Part shown: piece after piece, positions 1 through 12,700 of the stretch
How positions within the stretch are numbered: the stretch's first letter is position 1
Layout of the letters: each line of letters begins with the position of its first letter
NCBI GenBank assembly: GCA_000934665.2
Contig: JYFJ02002968.1
Coordinates: forward strand, 1-48,274
DNA length: 48,274 bases
DNA from: Catajapyx aquilonaris
Lineage: Eukaryota
Reading direction: 5' to 3'
Notes under the pieces: generated by a model
What the model was told of the DNA's origin: nothing
Database searches by the model: none
Seen by the model: only the letters and a program-made list of their open reading frames with translations
Program-made: the position numbers and the translations under genes

Positions 1-449
1 CTCCCCCCCCCCCATCCTCCATCCCAGACAATAACCAAACTTGCTTAGCTGCATACCAACACTCATATTTTTTTACCATAACATTTCACGACATAGCATT
101 TCATCCGCCAAAAGTATTCAAATAAATTGGTTTCTCATAATATTTAATGTTGCTATATGTACACTATTAATGAGAGTTACTTTATCATGTAGTTTGTATT
201 AGCCTGATAACAGTATAGTGATGTCGCAATATTACATATTTTTTTGCATAATGGGACGTCTGTAAAGGCTTACGACCGGTTGCATGAACATTACGGTATT
301 AACAGTTGTTTTCATAATTTATTTATTAGTATTTACAATTTAATAAATATCAGTAATATTTACATAACACAATGCATTAGCCTGAAAGGAGGACTGACAC
401 AATAATATATATATTTTTTGTATATTGTGACAACAGTAGGCCTTTATAA

Positions 450-529
450 GGACCGGTTGCAGGAACATAAAGTTAACCATGAAGTCTGTAAAAAAAAATA
501 GAATCAACTTATGTTTATACAACCGATCC
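450..529. mobile_element. Short MITE, PIF/Harbinger-like (family A)
   Basis: Seen: imperfect TIRs GGACCGGTTGCAGGAACATAAAGTT / AACTTATGTTTATACAACCGATCC, flanked by TAA on both sides (447-449, 530-532). A related half-TIR lies at ~273-290 and a related full copy at 47335-47437. The superfamily is inferred from the 3-bp TWA TSD. Confidence 0.7.
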
Positions 530-541
530 TAAATTGCATGG

Positions 542-1999
542 CTAATGTGAAGTGGTGGTTAGATTCATTGCTGATGATGGAGTCGTAAAGTTGAATGCAG
601 TTGTGGTTGCAACATCAACGTCGCCGACTTCATCGTTTACTAAAAATAAAGGAAATTAGCAATTAACGCCATTAGGAGCGATATGACCTTGATATAAAGC
701 GTAATAATTATTTGGTATCATATCCTTACGTGCTTCGGATAAGACGGTCATTAAGAAGAATCCGATAAACACGGCCGTCAGCTGCAATATCCCGTGGTGT
801 TCGAACTTGGTCCTTTCTCTTTGCAAAACCTCGAAGAATACCACGTACAGAAGTGTACCGGCAGCGATTCCCTGCGTTAGAAACATTTTAATGAGTGGCC
901 AATTAAGGGTAATTGGGACGTCCGAATTTACCTGAAGCGAGCTGATCAGAGCGCCTTCAACGACGCTACAATCGGTAATGACGATGCCGATGAGAATACC
1001 CAGAGGCGACATGACGGCGAAGACAACGATGGAGGTCACCAGAAGGGCAGTCCTGATGGTGCTGGTGGCCAGCTCTGTTCCGACGCAGAAGGCCAGGACG
1101 AACTTGTGGCTGGCGATGGCCCCGAAGAGATACCACACCTCACCTTGGCTCCTCTGGAGGCCAACAGCCAGTCCTTCGAAGATGGCATGGAAGGACAATG
1201 CCATCACCGTCATCAGGTGTCGGAGGAACGACATGTCCGTGCCTTCCGGGTGGTGGTGGTGGTGGGAGTGACCACTGTCCTTCTTCGGGGTGATCTGAAT
1301 CGACAGCCGTCCTTGGTCGTTGCTCACCAACTCCGCCTGTCAAATATCACTGTGGGTTCACAACGGACTGTCTTTGTCGCTGTCGTTGTTAGTTTGTCCA
1401 TGGCATCAAACCATGGCAACACGCCGTGTGAAGAACGGGCTCCGCTGCTAGTCTACCATTTTAAAATGCTCCCCTGGATGTCAACTACTAACCTTGGATC
1501 CGAACTCGAAGTTGAGGTCATTCAGGGCACACTTATTCTTGTCCGATTCCTCCTTAGTGACCACGCTGACGCTGGAGCACCTCCGACTGCTCATGGTGTC
1601 GTGTATGTCCACGTACTCCTTGCTGGTGTCGCCGTGGTTTCGAGAGTGGACCAGGGAGTGGACCACCTCCTCCAGAAGGTAGATGAGGAAGAATCCGGAG
1701 CACATGCACATCTCGGCCCAAGGCAGGGTTGGCCTCCAGATCTGCCCGGCTGACCCGAGGTCATCGAAGTCTGCCACGATGTCCGGTAGCATGTGGGTGC
1801 AACATGTGGCGAACAGCACCCCTCCTCCGAAGCACAGCATCAGTGAGATGGTCAGCTTAGGCTTCTGCTGGTGTCCATCGTCGGTCAGTCTGTTCTTCTT
1901 GGCCATATACACTTTGACCAAGTATGGCAACAGTCCCAAAGTGGCTGTGACCAGTGCCAGCCCCAGTATGACAACCACTTTTGCTTCTAAAATGTTCAT
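542..1999 (-). CDS. ZIP (SLC39) subfamily II zinc transporter, copy 1 (ZIP1/2/3-like; Zip42C/Zip89B-like)
   Basis: Exons 1999-1493, 1336-932, 871-730 and 639-542 have GT-AG junctions and stay in frame. Motifs: CFGGGVLFATCCTHMLP (TM2), His-rich loop GHSHHHHH, ALSFHAIFEGLAVG (TM4), AIASHK (TM5), GIAAGTLLYVVFFEVL (TM7). Confidence 0.93.
1345..1451 (+). mobile_element. Helitron-like 3' fragment in intron 1 of ZIP copy 1
   Basis: CCATGGCAAC motif, then an imperfect GC hairpin GCCGTGTGAAGAACGGGC and terminal CTAG followed by T (1448-1452). Shares GCC.TGTGAAGAA and CATGGCAAC with 21932-22260. Accounts for this intron being longer than the equivalent intron of copy 2. Confidence 0.55.
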
Positions 2000-3496
2000 T
2001 GCTGTCTCTCACTCTCAGTGTGTCTGGGTTGAGATTGGCGACAGGTTTTTATGTGGTCGATGATTGTTTCTTCAGCTGTATCGGAAGGTCCTGATTGAAG
2101 GTAATTGCGTGCGACGTCTTTTGTGTCCAAGTGTGATAAAAGGTGCTGTTTATCTTGTTGGATGGAAGGGTGTTGATAGACTGTGGATAAATTGTTTGTG
2201 CGACCGAAGGGACGATCTTGATAAAATGTCAAGTCCAACGTAATTGCATATCTAATCAACGTTTATGACGGTGCAACGTATATTGTATGAGACTTACGCA
2301 ATAAACTAATATTCTTGGTGTAGGTATAATTCGACTAATATATTTGGTCAAAGTACGACTATGTGAATATGCAATATTGCAACATAATAATTTTTATTAC
2401 ATTTCATCACCTAATAACACTGCAAATGAAGAGACAACACACGTTATTAATTTTTCTGCAATTTCCTGCATTTTCCAGACATATTCACATGTTCACTTAT
2501 CAGATCTAAACGATGATTTAAATGCTCATATCAAACGTGGTGACACCTTTATCAACATATCTGGCGATTATCACATTTTAAGACCTTCACAATACAGTAT
2601 ACTCTTGAAAAGGAGCGTTGGCTTATTGTAATCGCTATTTTTTCTTGATAATAATTATATCGGCCCTACTTTGGGAGAAGACGATTAGGATATTTACTGT
2701 GCGGCGCAAAGGATATTACAAGGTAATGAAGAGAATTTGGTGATAAAATTGGGGTTCAAATGCGTTCAAGGCATATTGTGCAATTTTTCCCAGTGACCTT
2801 GATTATTTAGAAAAAAGTGCAAGCAGGGCCTTAATTTTTATCTTTGCAATCTTGCAACGAGTTGGTTTCCTGTTGCAAGATACAAAATGTTATTACTTAT
2901 GAGTATGATATGGCACGAGGTCGTGAGGTTGTTTTCCTTCCTTTTGGTACATTAATTGGGACCATTTGGTCAAAGTAATAAATTCTATTGAAATAAATAG
3001 CAGAGAGTGAATTGTGGAGAATCACATATAATGTTCGTATACATCTACTTCATTTCTGTTTTATTACAAATTGACATGTATGTAGTACAATCACAATTTA
3101 ATTTTCAGATATTCAACACTGAAATATTGCGTAGTAATTGTTCCAGCAGCCAAAACTGCTGGCCAGGACAAAAAAATAGTCCTAAGTTATTCAGATATTT
3201 CGTCCTCGTGGCATTACAAAATAATTTGTACAACATATTACTGTTCATCATATGAGATAAACACTCTACTAAAAGTTATATGCTATAATATCAAATTGCG
3301 ATAGCTCATGGCAACTGCCTAATTTTAGTCCTTGCATTACCGCATACAAAACGAATATTACGAAACAATAAATTATACGATTATGAGAACCTGATGATTA
3401 TATGAAATGCACTTGTATATGCATAGCATGGTAATGTACTATACATATGCTTTGCTCAAGTGTGATTAGTAAATTATGCAACAGATTTCAAGACAG

Positions 3497-4857
3497 TTAG
3501 AGGCCTAGAATAGCCTTCGGTGTGCTGCTTGAACCCATACAAGTTGAGGATGTGAAGTTCGCTAATGTTGTAGAGCCATCATCATCACTAACTTCATCGT
3601 CCACTAGAAATAACATCAGATAATTATTATTCAACAGCCACGCAATGATGAATCGGTCACTATCAAAAGTCGGACGTGTTTTATCAATGAATTATTAGAA
3701 CTGTACTCACAAGCTTTAGATAAAAGCGCCATCAAGAAGAACCCCATAAAGACAGATGTCAGCTGCCATATCCCCTTGTCTTGAAAGCGAGTCCTCTCTC
3801 TCAGGAGCACTTCAAAGAAGACAACGTAGAGAAGTGTTCCTGCTGCAATTCCCTGAAATAAAGACACTTGTTAATTATCTTATCATTACCTTCAAGCTGT
3901 AGTTAAGTATACCTGAAGGGTGCTAACAGCGGTTCCTTCAAAAGTGCTGGAATTGGTGACTACTATTCCCAGGACAATGTGGAGAGGTCACTGCGAAGAC
4001 CATGATTGACCCCACCAGAAGTAATGTCCTCATACCACTCGTGGCCAGCTCAGTACCCACGCAAAAAGCGAGCACAAACTTGTGAGTAGAAATAGCAGCG
4101 AAGAGGTACCAAACGTCACTTGGCCTTTCCTGAAGACCGACAGCAAGACCTTCGAAGATCGAATGGAAAGACAATGCCAGCACAGTCATCAGCTGTCTCA
4201 AGAAGGACACATTCCCATCCGATACGTGATGGTGATGCCCAGCCATCGTCTGTGCCACCTGAATCGACGTCTGGTCTTCTACCATATCAGCCTGTGATGG
4301 TTAAAAAAATCATAAATGAATTGATATTTTTTATTCTGTAATATTGTTCATTGCTAATTGAAGTTAACTTAATGCCGAAGGAGACTTACCTTTGACCCAT
4401 ACTCCATATGGAGAGTAACGCCCTTAATTTCATTGCTGCTGGCTGATGAGCATCGACGACTCCCAACTTCGTGTATGGCATGGTCCCCAGCATTCCTCAC
4501 GTGCACCAGCAGATGAACCACTTCTTCAACAATGTAGATTAGGAAAAACCCTGCGCACATGCAAATCTGAGGCCAGGGAAGGTCAGGCTTCCACACCTTG
4601 CCCTCGGAGGCTAGGGACTCAAAATCTTCCTCGACATCGGGCAACATGTGTATAAGACATGTGGCCAGAAGAACACCGCCTCCGAAGCAAAGGAGCAGTG
4701 ACACTATCCATTCAGACTTCTTCTCGTCGGCTGAGGTCCTCAGTGGCTTCCTTTTGTTGAACCAATACACTTTAGCAGCGTATGGCAAGAGGCCCAGAAG
4801 AGCAGTCACCAGCAAGAAACCGAAGATGGCCACCACTTTGACGTCCACTAGATTCAT
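3497..4857 (-). pseudogene. ZIP zinc transporter copy 2, frameshifted in exon 2 (pseudogene, null allele or assembly error)
   Basis: Same 4-exon structure as copy 1: 4857-4390, 4291-3913, 3852-3711, 3603-3497. Exon 2 is 379 nt (not 3n). Relative to copy 1 (SPLGILIGIVIT), 5 nt are missing at 3979/3978 (TCT CCA C|ATT GTC CTG GGA), giving a premature TGA at 3940-3938. The ZIP identity is firm; non-functionality is uncertain. Confidence 0.65.
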
Positions 4858-6213
4858 GGCTGATGCTGGTCTATTAGCAAGGGAGAGGAGGTTAGGCCCT
4901 TATGTAGTCTGCGAAATTTCGATCATTATCAGACCCTTTTTTTTTATTGCATGAGATAATGTCTGTCTTGTTTCGCAAGAAGCTTAAATGTTAGCCACGT
5001 GAACCGCTGGAGCTTTATCCTTATAAATTCCTATAGAGGAATGCACTCTACGTACCTGCCTAATTAAGTAGGGCGTAATTCAATAAGTCTAATCAAAATA
5101 CTGCGATAAGACTCGGTATCATATTTCCTTGATCACTGTAACTGTACAGATAGCCGACTGCTTGAGTATGCTTCTTGTAATAAGTCGAAGGGTCAAGGAG
5201 GATAAGGTACGCGATTATGCGACTGAGACAATAATTTATTGCAACATTGTAGGCTTATTAACAGACTAGATAAATTACGTACAGTACGAATGAAGATACT
5301 AAATCATTTTTATTTGAATAGGTCGAGTGTAGGAAGTATAATTACTACAAAATTACAATATACCTAAATTATGCACAAGTTAGATTAGAAAAAAAATATA
5401 TATGCCCCTTCATGGAGAGAAACGCAATAAATTAAATGCATCTAATGAAATTTCCTGAAATTTTCCTCAGTGTATGATGTTAAATTTAATAGAATCAAAA
5501 TGTCAACGGAAATATTTGTGACAAGTAGCCTACAAAAATATAATTTAGTGAAATTATTAATTACAATAACTCATTATGAAGTACTGTATTTAAATAGAAA
5601 ACATATTTCAGCCTACGAGAATTTACGATTTATGATGATGATTTATAATAATTAATTATAATGAATGCTTCTTACCGCCCTGGAATTGGTTATATGTATT
5701 CATGTGAGGAATGGCTAAAGCGAAGATTATAAACCAAACAAATTCTTTCTTTTTTTCATATAACAGGAATGATATTATTTATTTATTTTATTATCATATC
5801 CCATTTGTGGGCCCTTTAGGAGTGAAACATAATAATTATTGCAGTAATTATATTATTATGTTTCACTGATGTTCAAAATCAGCATGGTATAGTGGTAGGG
5901 TTCATAAGCTCTGCTGGTGTATACTAATTTGTTTCTGAATGTGTGTTTTTGTTTTTTGCTCAAATTCTGTCCAAAGTTCTTTATTATTTTCGATTACAAA
6001 CTGCTTACTTCTCGGATTCTATTCAAAAGCAGATGAATGCACTTTACAAGAGTTACTACACCTGTAGTAACCTCTCGCAGGAGGATAAAAACATTTAAAA
6101 TACACGTGCGGGTAAACAACCACAAAGTCCCAGTCAGCTATACAAAGTCCTTATCCGCGGACCTTCAGAGGAAATCTTCAGTAAATAATTGTCTTTCGTA
6201 TACAGGAAAGACA

Positions 6214-6301
6214 GAATAAACTGATATTATCTTGCAGCACGCAGCAGAACTGCATATATGCAGTTCTGCTGCGTATACAGCAAGATAATCTCCGTTTTAT
6301 T
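6214..6301. repeat. Fold-back palindrome upstream of ATM (probable MITE remnant)
   Basis: Perfect 36-bp palindrome ACGCAGCAGAACTGCATA|TATGCAGTTCTGCTGCGT at 6239-6274, with imperfect outer arms (ATTATCTTG / CAAGATAAT). Confidence 0.8.
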
Positions 6302-6729
6302 ACGGTGGTTTTTTAAAAAACTGATGAGTATACTGGCCCCCATACGTATAAAGCGATTAGATTGGGCATAATTATAGCCACATCAGTGGTGCTGGTGATT
6401 CGCAGTTTTATAAGGAAGTTGCCTTGATTGGGGAAAAAAACCCAAGTAAAAAATTTATTGACATTAATTTATGTAAAAAAAATGCTGTATAAGATCATGT
6501 TGATTACGCGATGGATGAAATTCTCGTTGTTATTAATTTATTTTTCGCTCCCTCTGATTCGTGCCGCAGTTTCTGTTGGCAACACCTGCTCCCTCTCATT
6601 TCCCGCACTTTTCCATGTTGGCATCCTGAGCGACAGCCGGACAGGGCAGTGCACGCCTGCTGCGTCTCGCTCAAAAAAGGACCGGGGACATTATTTTCTG
6701 GCTGACCTCTGCAGGGTCAGAGGTCAGGG

Positions 6730-9700
6730 ATGGACGACGACAGGACACTGGGAGTCCTGAAGAGCTGCTGTCTGGGCCTGGAGAGCGACAAGCTCACGGA
6801 GAGAAAGGTAACGTATACACTACTTATTATTGGTGTAATAATTGCAGCTTAAAATAAATTGTTCAGGGTAATGGTCGTCTGGTAATTGCAATTTTCTCTT
6901 CTTAAATTGTGCAGAAGAATGCAGACCTCCTGAGAGATCTGATTGAGAACGCGGCCATAGTGCGCGCGCTGGATGAGAACACGCTGAACGACGATCAGCA
7001 GCTCTGCACTTGGGACTCTGTCTTCCAGTCTTGTAGAATATATTTTCTGAAGGTGAGTTTGCCCCCAATTAAATCCTGGACCATGGCATGGCCATGGCGG
7101 AACTAGTAAAGCGACGACTAGCTCTCGCATCGTATGGGTCTCCTTATATGAATCAATCTGTACATTGCTCATTGACCAAACAGCAATCCCGTTTCCATAT
7201 TTAAAGACCATAATTAACCTACTGTTTAATTTGTACAGGAGGCTACAAAGTGCCAGAAGGATGAAGGAAAAGCGGACACAACCAGTGCGGCTACTAGGAA
7301 GGCCAATGCGAAGATGAACTGTGTCTGGTTCTTGGCGGTGATAGTGCGAAAGGCCAACCGGGAGCGTGCGTTTCTGGATTACAGGTCGTTGATCGATCAC
7401 GTGGCCAGAGTCTCGCAGGATGTGTACCTCTGGGAGAACTTTGCGGCCCAGCATTTGGAGATGATGGTCACTAGTTTTTTGAACATCAGGGGCTACTGGA
7501 AGCAAATTGATTCTGATCATTGGATAGGTGGGTACATCTTCTCACTGCCTATTTATATTTAAATAAACCTTAGACTATGTCTAGCAATCTATCATAAGTG
7601 ATCGATCTAAAATGGATTGACTTCTTGATTAATAATTGCAAGCATCATTTTACACTGGCGCTAATTAATAACTGGGAACTTGATTGCTTCAGATCTGCTC
7701 AATGTTGCAACCAGAATGTACACAAATACACCTGAGGAGAAGGATGATGTTGCAAGCGCACAATTTTTGTACTACACACTACTTAGGGCCACGCAACAGA
7801 GAAATGTGACCACGTGGCTTAGGAGAAGGTGCGAGCCACAATTTTGGCAATAATATTTTAAGTGTTGTCTTAACTGTTATTGTTTTTAAGATTTGACTTT
7901 TTCGGATCCATTCTGAAAGACCATATGACGAATATAAATGCACAGGAATACTTGCTTGGAGCCGTTCTTCTTTTTTGTAAAGAGGTAAGTACCAACTAGC
8001 ACTGTTTATGTAAAATTTGTCAGACTAATACACACGTTCTTCGAACAGATGTTGGTTGATTATCGCTCGGCTGTGTGTCGCTTGGGAGAGGACCACTGCA
8101 TCCTTCTGATCCGACTGCATAATGGAAGGCCTGAGAAGAAGGATGTTATCCGGCAGCTTCTGCACCTGATTGTGATTGCCCACCATCCTTGTGGGGTTAT
8201 CAGGGGAGAGAGAGCTGCATTTGCTCACGACTGGGACGAATGGGGACAGAAGCTCAGGAAGATTCACAGGCTGGTGGACAATGAGATTACGAAGATGGCA
8301 AGTACAATCAGGAATGCGGCTGAGTTTCAGATGGAAGAGACTCTCAAAAACTTAGCTGTGGATGTGGCTAAGCAAGTAAGGATCGCTTATTTTGCGTAAA
8401 ATAATTAATTAACTGATTGGATGTGACCTGTTCCTTACAGATTTACAGTGACAGCCTAATGTCTGAGGATGCGAATGAGACTTTGACTGTTGAAAGTACA
8501 GCCAAGCGAAGGAGAGTGACGGCAGGGATGGAAGGCATAATCGAACTCATTCAGGAGAAAATGAGTAGCCTTGCTTGCGTTCCATGGTAAGCAACATTAA
8601 TTTTTTATCATGCTTTGTAGGCTACTAATTCATGTCTTTTTCTAAGGTTGGAATATGTCACTGCCATAATGGAGAAGTATCCGGATGTGATGTCGGAAGC
8701 AGATTATGCAATGCTGTTGCTGACTCTTTGCAATCTGCTGAATACCTGCAGTGATATGGGAATTGCTGATGCTGCTGTGGGGTAATTGCATATGTTATAA
8801 CTGCAACTATTATTATTTATTAAGGATGATTTTTCATTTTTAGGTGTGCAGTGGCTCTGGCAAGGCCTGAAGTTATGCAAAAATTCAAGGAAAATGATTT
8901 TTCTGGGCACTGGAACACCATACAGGAAGTGATTTTAAGGTAGAGACCATTTTTACTGTGCAATAAGATTTCAGAGCTGTGGAAACTTCCACAATGAACG
9001 TTGACAAATTAGCTTCCATTAATTGTCAACCTCACCTTCTATTGAAGTTCTCAGCCGCTGTAAAAATTAGGTGTTGAAAGCCTTTTGGCAATTTTGTAAA
9101 ATAATCACTTCATTTGCAATGAACATAATATTTCAGCAATAATTAACTTGTGGCGGTGTTGCATAGACTATAAGGAAAGTAATTGTGTCCAACCTTTTAT
9201 AATAGTATTGTGTTAGAATAGGCGACTGAAATTGAGGTGTCACTTTTAGGATGATAGCCTTGGAACACGGAGAAGAGAGAGTACACCGTCTGTTCCAACA
9301 TCTTGTGGAGTCAAAGGTGGCCACCAACCCAACCTCATTCATGTGCCTGATGTTGCAAGGTGTGCTGAAGCTAAGCAAACCAAGTCTGGAGAGTCTCTGT
9401 GTACTGATGCAGCACTGCACCCTTCCAAGACATTTGTCCCAGTGGACTGGGATTGTGCAGGGAAATACTCAGAGTCGAGAAACTAAGAGCCTCAGAGTGC
9501 AGGTCAGTTTTACTAATTTGTGTCCATTAGATATTGGACTACCTTCGACACTAATAAGTCTGCAGTTACTCAAAATGCTTCTGCGGAAATTTTTGGTCCA
9601 GGCCACAGAACGATTGGTCGAAATTGCTCGGGTAATAATTTATATTTATTTTACAGATACTCGAATGGTTGTTGCCAGCAGGATCAGGCAGCGAAGCATT

Positions 9701-12700
9701 GCCGGCTCAGTTGATGTTGCCTCCCAAGTTACTTGGATCAGTTTTGGCTGCCTTGGCAATGGAGTGTTCATCAGAAATGGCATCAGTATTGGCCCAAGCA
9801 AGGGCAGTGCATGAATCTCACAGCACGGAGTTTGGAGACATTGAAAGGACGTGCTTGACAAGCAGTTTCCAGGAGAGGTTTGACATGAGAGCGGAGGAAA
9901 TCAAAGATGAGATTCATCAGCCAGAGAAGACAACAAAGGTATTGCCACAAGGTCGTTTTTTTCATTTGTACAATGTTCTTTCCGTAACAACAGATTCAAC
10001 AAATTCTAAAAAGTCAACCTTGAATCTGATGAATTATTGTTTTAAAGGTTGCTTGCAAAGTGGATGAAGTGACATGCAGAATGTTGATGGAGAGACTTGC
10101 CCGAGATGTCGACGCCATAAGGAGAAAGTGCGACAGAAGAAGCTTGAGCTCAAATGTGAAACCTTTTGAAAGCGTCATCTACCTCAAAACACAGCTGAAT
10201 ATTTTGATCCAAGTTTCATCCGCACTTCTGTCACTTGGAATGGAAGAGAGTGACGTCCTCCAAGGGTATTTTGTTAGTCAAAGTCTCGTGATTTTGTTGC
10301 TAAACTAATTTTTTCATCAGAGTTTCAGACTTAATTATCAACTTGCTGAATGATATCCAGAAACTGAGTTCGCCAATCCTAGGTGCCAATCTGAAGAATG
10401 AAGCTTCATTAGCACATGTTACGTTGCTGGCTATTAAGGACACTTTCATGCAGCCCAACGTACATGAAAGCATGATACGTCTGCTCAAGTCTAAAATGAC
10501 AACTGCATTGCTAGATCTATTGCTGAGAGTAGTGAAGTCATTATTTGAGAGGCGACTTGCTTTTGGTAAGGTTCGACCTCAAACTCTTTTGACAACGAAG
10601 TTGAAGAACTAATGAAATGTTATAAAATTTAGCTACCAATAGAGAAGGAGAGTTGTCTGCAAGATTTACTGCCGATCATTCTGCAATGAAGATCCTCGCC
10701 AGCATGGCTTTTGCTCCTAATGGCAATGGTAATGCTCCTAATGTGCAATTGATTATTCTGTGATTGCGGGATCAGTCTAATGGGTCACTTGTAAATCACC
10801 AAGTTCTTCCAGCAAAAATGTTATCTAATCCATATCTACAGCATTGCCTTTCCAACAAGTTGTGTTTGGGTGTGATTATTTTTGATAAATAGGTTCTGCA
10901 CTGAACACGCTTTTCTTAAATGACCAAAAAAATTGCACTGTAGTATTGGTAGAATTTTATTTAAAAATACCCAGTGAAAAATATTATTCATGCAGTCATA
11001 AAATTAGTTGCCTGCTAATTAATTATGAATATAATGTAACGTATGAATTAATTCTCATATTGCAGAGGACCAAATATTGCCGTTCAAGATAGAGGACAAG
11101 ACTAACAGGAACACAGTGATTCCTATAGAGGCTGCCATTGTTGTGTGCAGGTTTTTTTGTATGGGGGACACATTAGATGCGACTGACAGACGGCAAGAAA
11201 ATCTGAGGAATCTGCTTCTCTCGGAGGATCTCGACATTGAAAAAATGTCGCATGCTTACCTTGTATGTAAATAATTTTTTGGTGTTCAGTTTAAATGTCC
11301 TGCCCATCACATTGGATGGATTTATTTTTGTTTATCAGGCTGCTCAACTGATCCAGAGTATTTTGAATTGCCGATGCGTGCCAGAAGGATACCATTCTCC
11401 AATCCTTGTCCTTCTGCAAAACCTGTGCCGCTACTGGCATGGCGACTCTGGGACTGCTCGGGTGATACTGTCGTTGCTGAAAAGCCTTTACCGCCACCTG
11501 TCACGTAATGGATCGGACGAGTCAAAGAAAAATGCAATGAAACTTCTTGGCGCATTTAGAGGAATCGTCAGTGATAACAAGAAGACAACACCTGTCGTAG
11601 CTCAGTGCTTTTTAGAATGCACGGCACTTCTTTCCGAGGTAACATTCTGGTTTTATTTGTCAACATCTTGGTTGCTTGTTAATCCTTTGCTTTCCAGAGT
11701 GACCCAAAGTTTACGTGGGCTAAATGGGACGAGCCTGTTGGGCAGGATATTCTAAACTTCTTGACTCATGGCAACCACTGTGTTGCGCTAAAAGCAGCCA
11801 CTTTACTTCCAAGCCTCTTTGCCAGGGGTACGGGAGGGGAAACACATCAAGATTGCCTGTCATGGCAGAGAGACCTATTTAAGAAGCTGTACTTCATGAT
11901 GCAAGAAATATTTCAAGTAGAGGTATGTTTATTCCATTACTTTATCATGACACGTTGTTGAGTATTACTCTTTCATGTCATTGATTGTATCATTAACGTA
12001 CACTTATGACAAGATGTCAAATTATAGTTGTGAAATTATTTGTCCGCCGCAGAACTGCAGTGCATCAGAACTTATTTTTATTAATGATGTTGCTAATGAT
12101 GATTAATTATATTGCAGGGTATAACGTCTGATGAATTGTTGGCTGATGAAGGTGTCAATCGTACGTCTGTTGCCCTTCATAGTTTGGGCCCTATCATTGT
12201 TGTGAGTCCTTACTATTCGACCAAAGCCATGTTTGCTCTATATCGGTTGAGGAAAGACTACGAGGTTGATATAGGTGAGTTTTTATTCTTGACAGTGTAG
12301 GTGCACGTGCTTATAATTTTTGTTTCGTTTATTTAGAACTACTACAGTGGATCTTGCAGCAAGCGCAAGATTGCTTGAACTTGAAGAAACCTGGAGAACT
12401 TATGAGTTTGCACATTGACTTTCTCATCAATCAGTGGATCAAGACTGGAAATTCACTCGAGGTTATTGCCAACTTGAATTTTTCATGACTAGAATTTTTG
12501 CTGTAAAGTATGAGGAACGTGTACCTGAAGCATCGAAACACACAGCATATTAGCTCATATGCGTATCCACAGCAATCGCTGAATTTCCGGATTATTGAGA
12601 GCCGTGGTACTAATCAGCTGTATCACATTTGGTTTTCTTTACCATGTGAGTGTTGTAATTGTTTAATTATTTTGCAGGAATTTCCATGGCAGCTGTTCCA

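Noticed and set aside
6428..6760. ORFs at 6428 and 6511 as the ATM start or separate genes
   Set aside because: The TAN-motif exon starts at ATG 6730; these ORFs lack recognisable coding features and lie in promoter or UTR sequence.
12510..12678. N-terminal extension of the 431-aa ORF
   Set aside because: It is a stop-free intron; the exon begins at the TTTTGCAG|GAA TTT CCA TGG acceptor, in phase with the previous exon.
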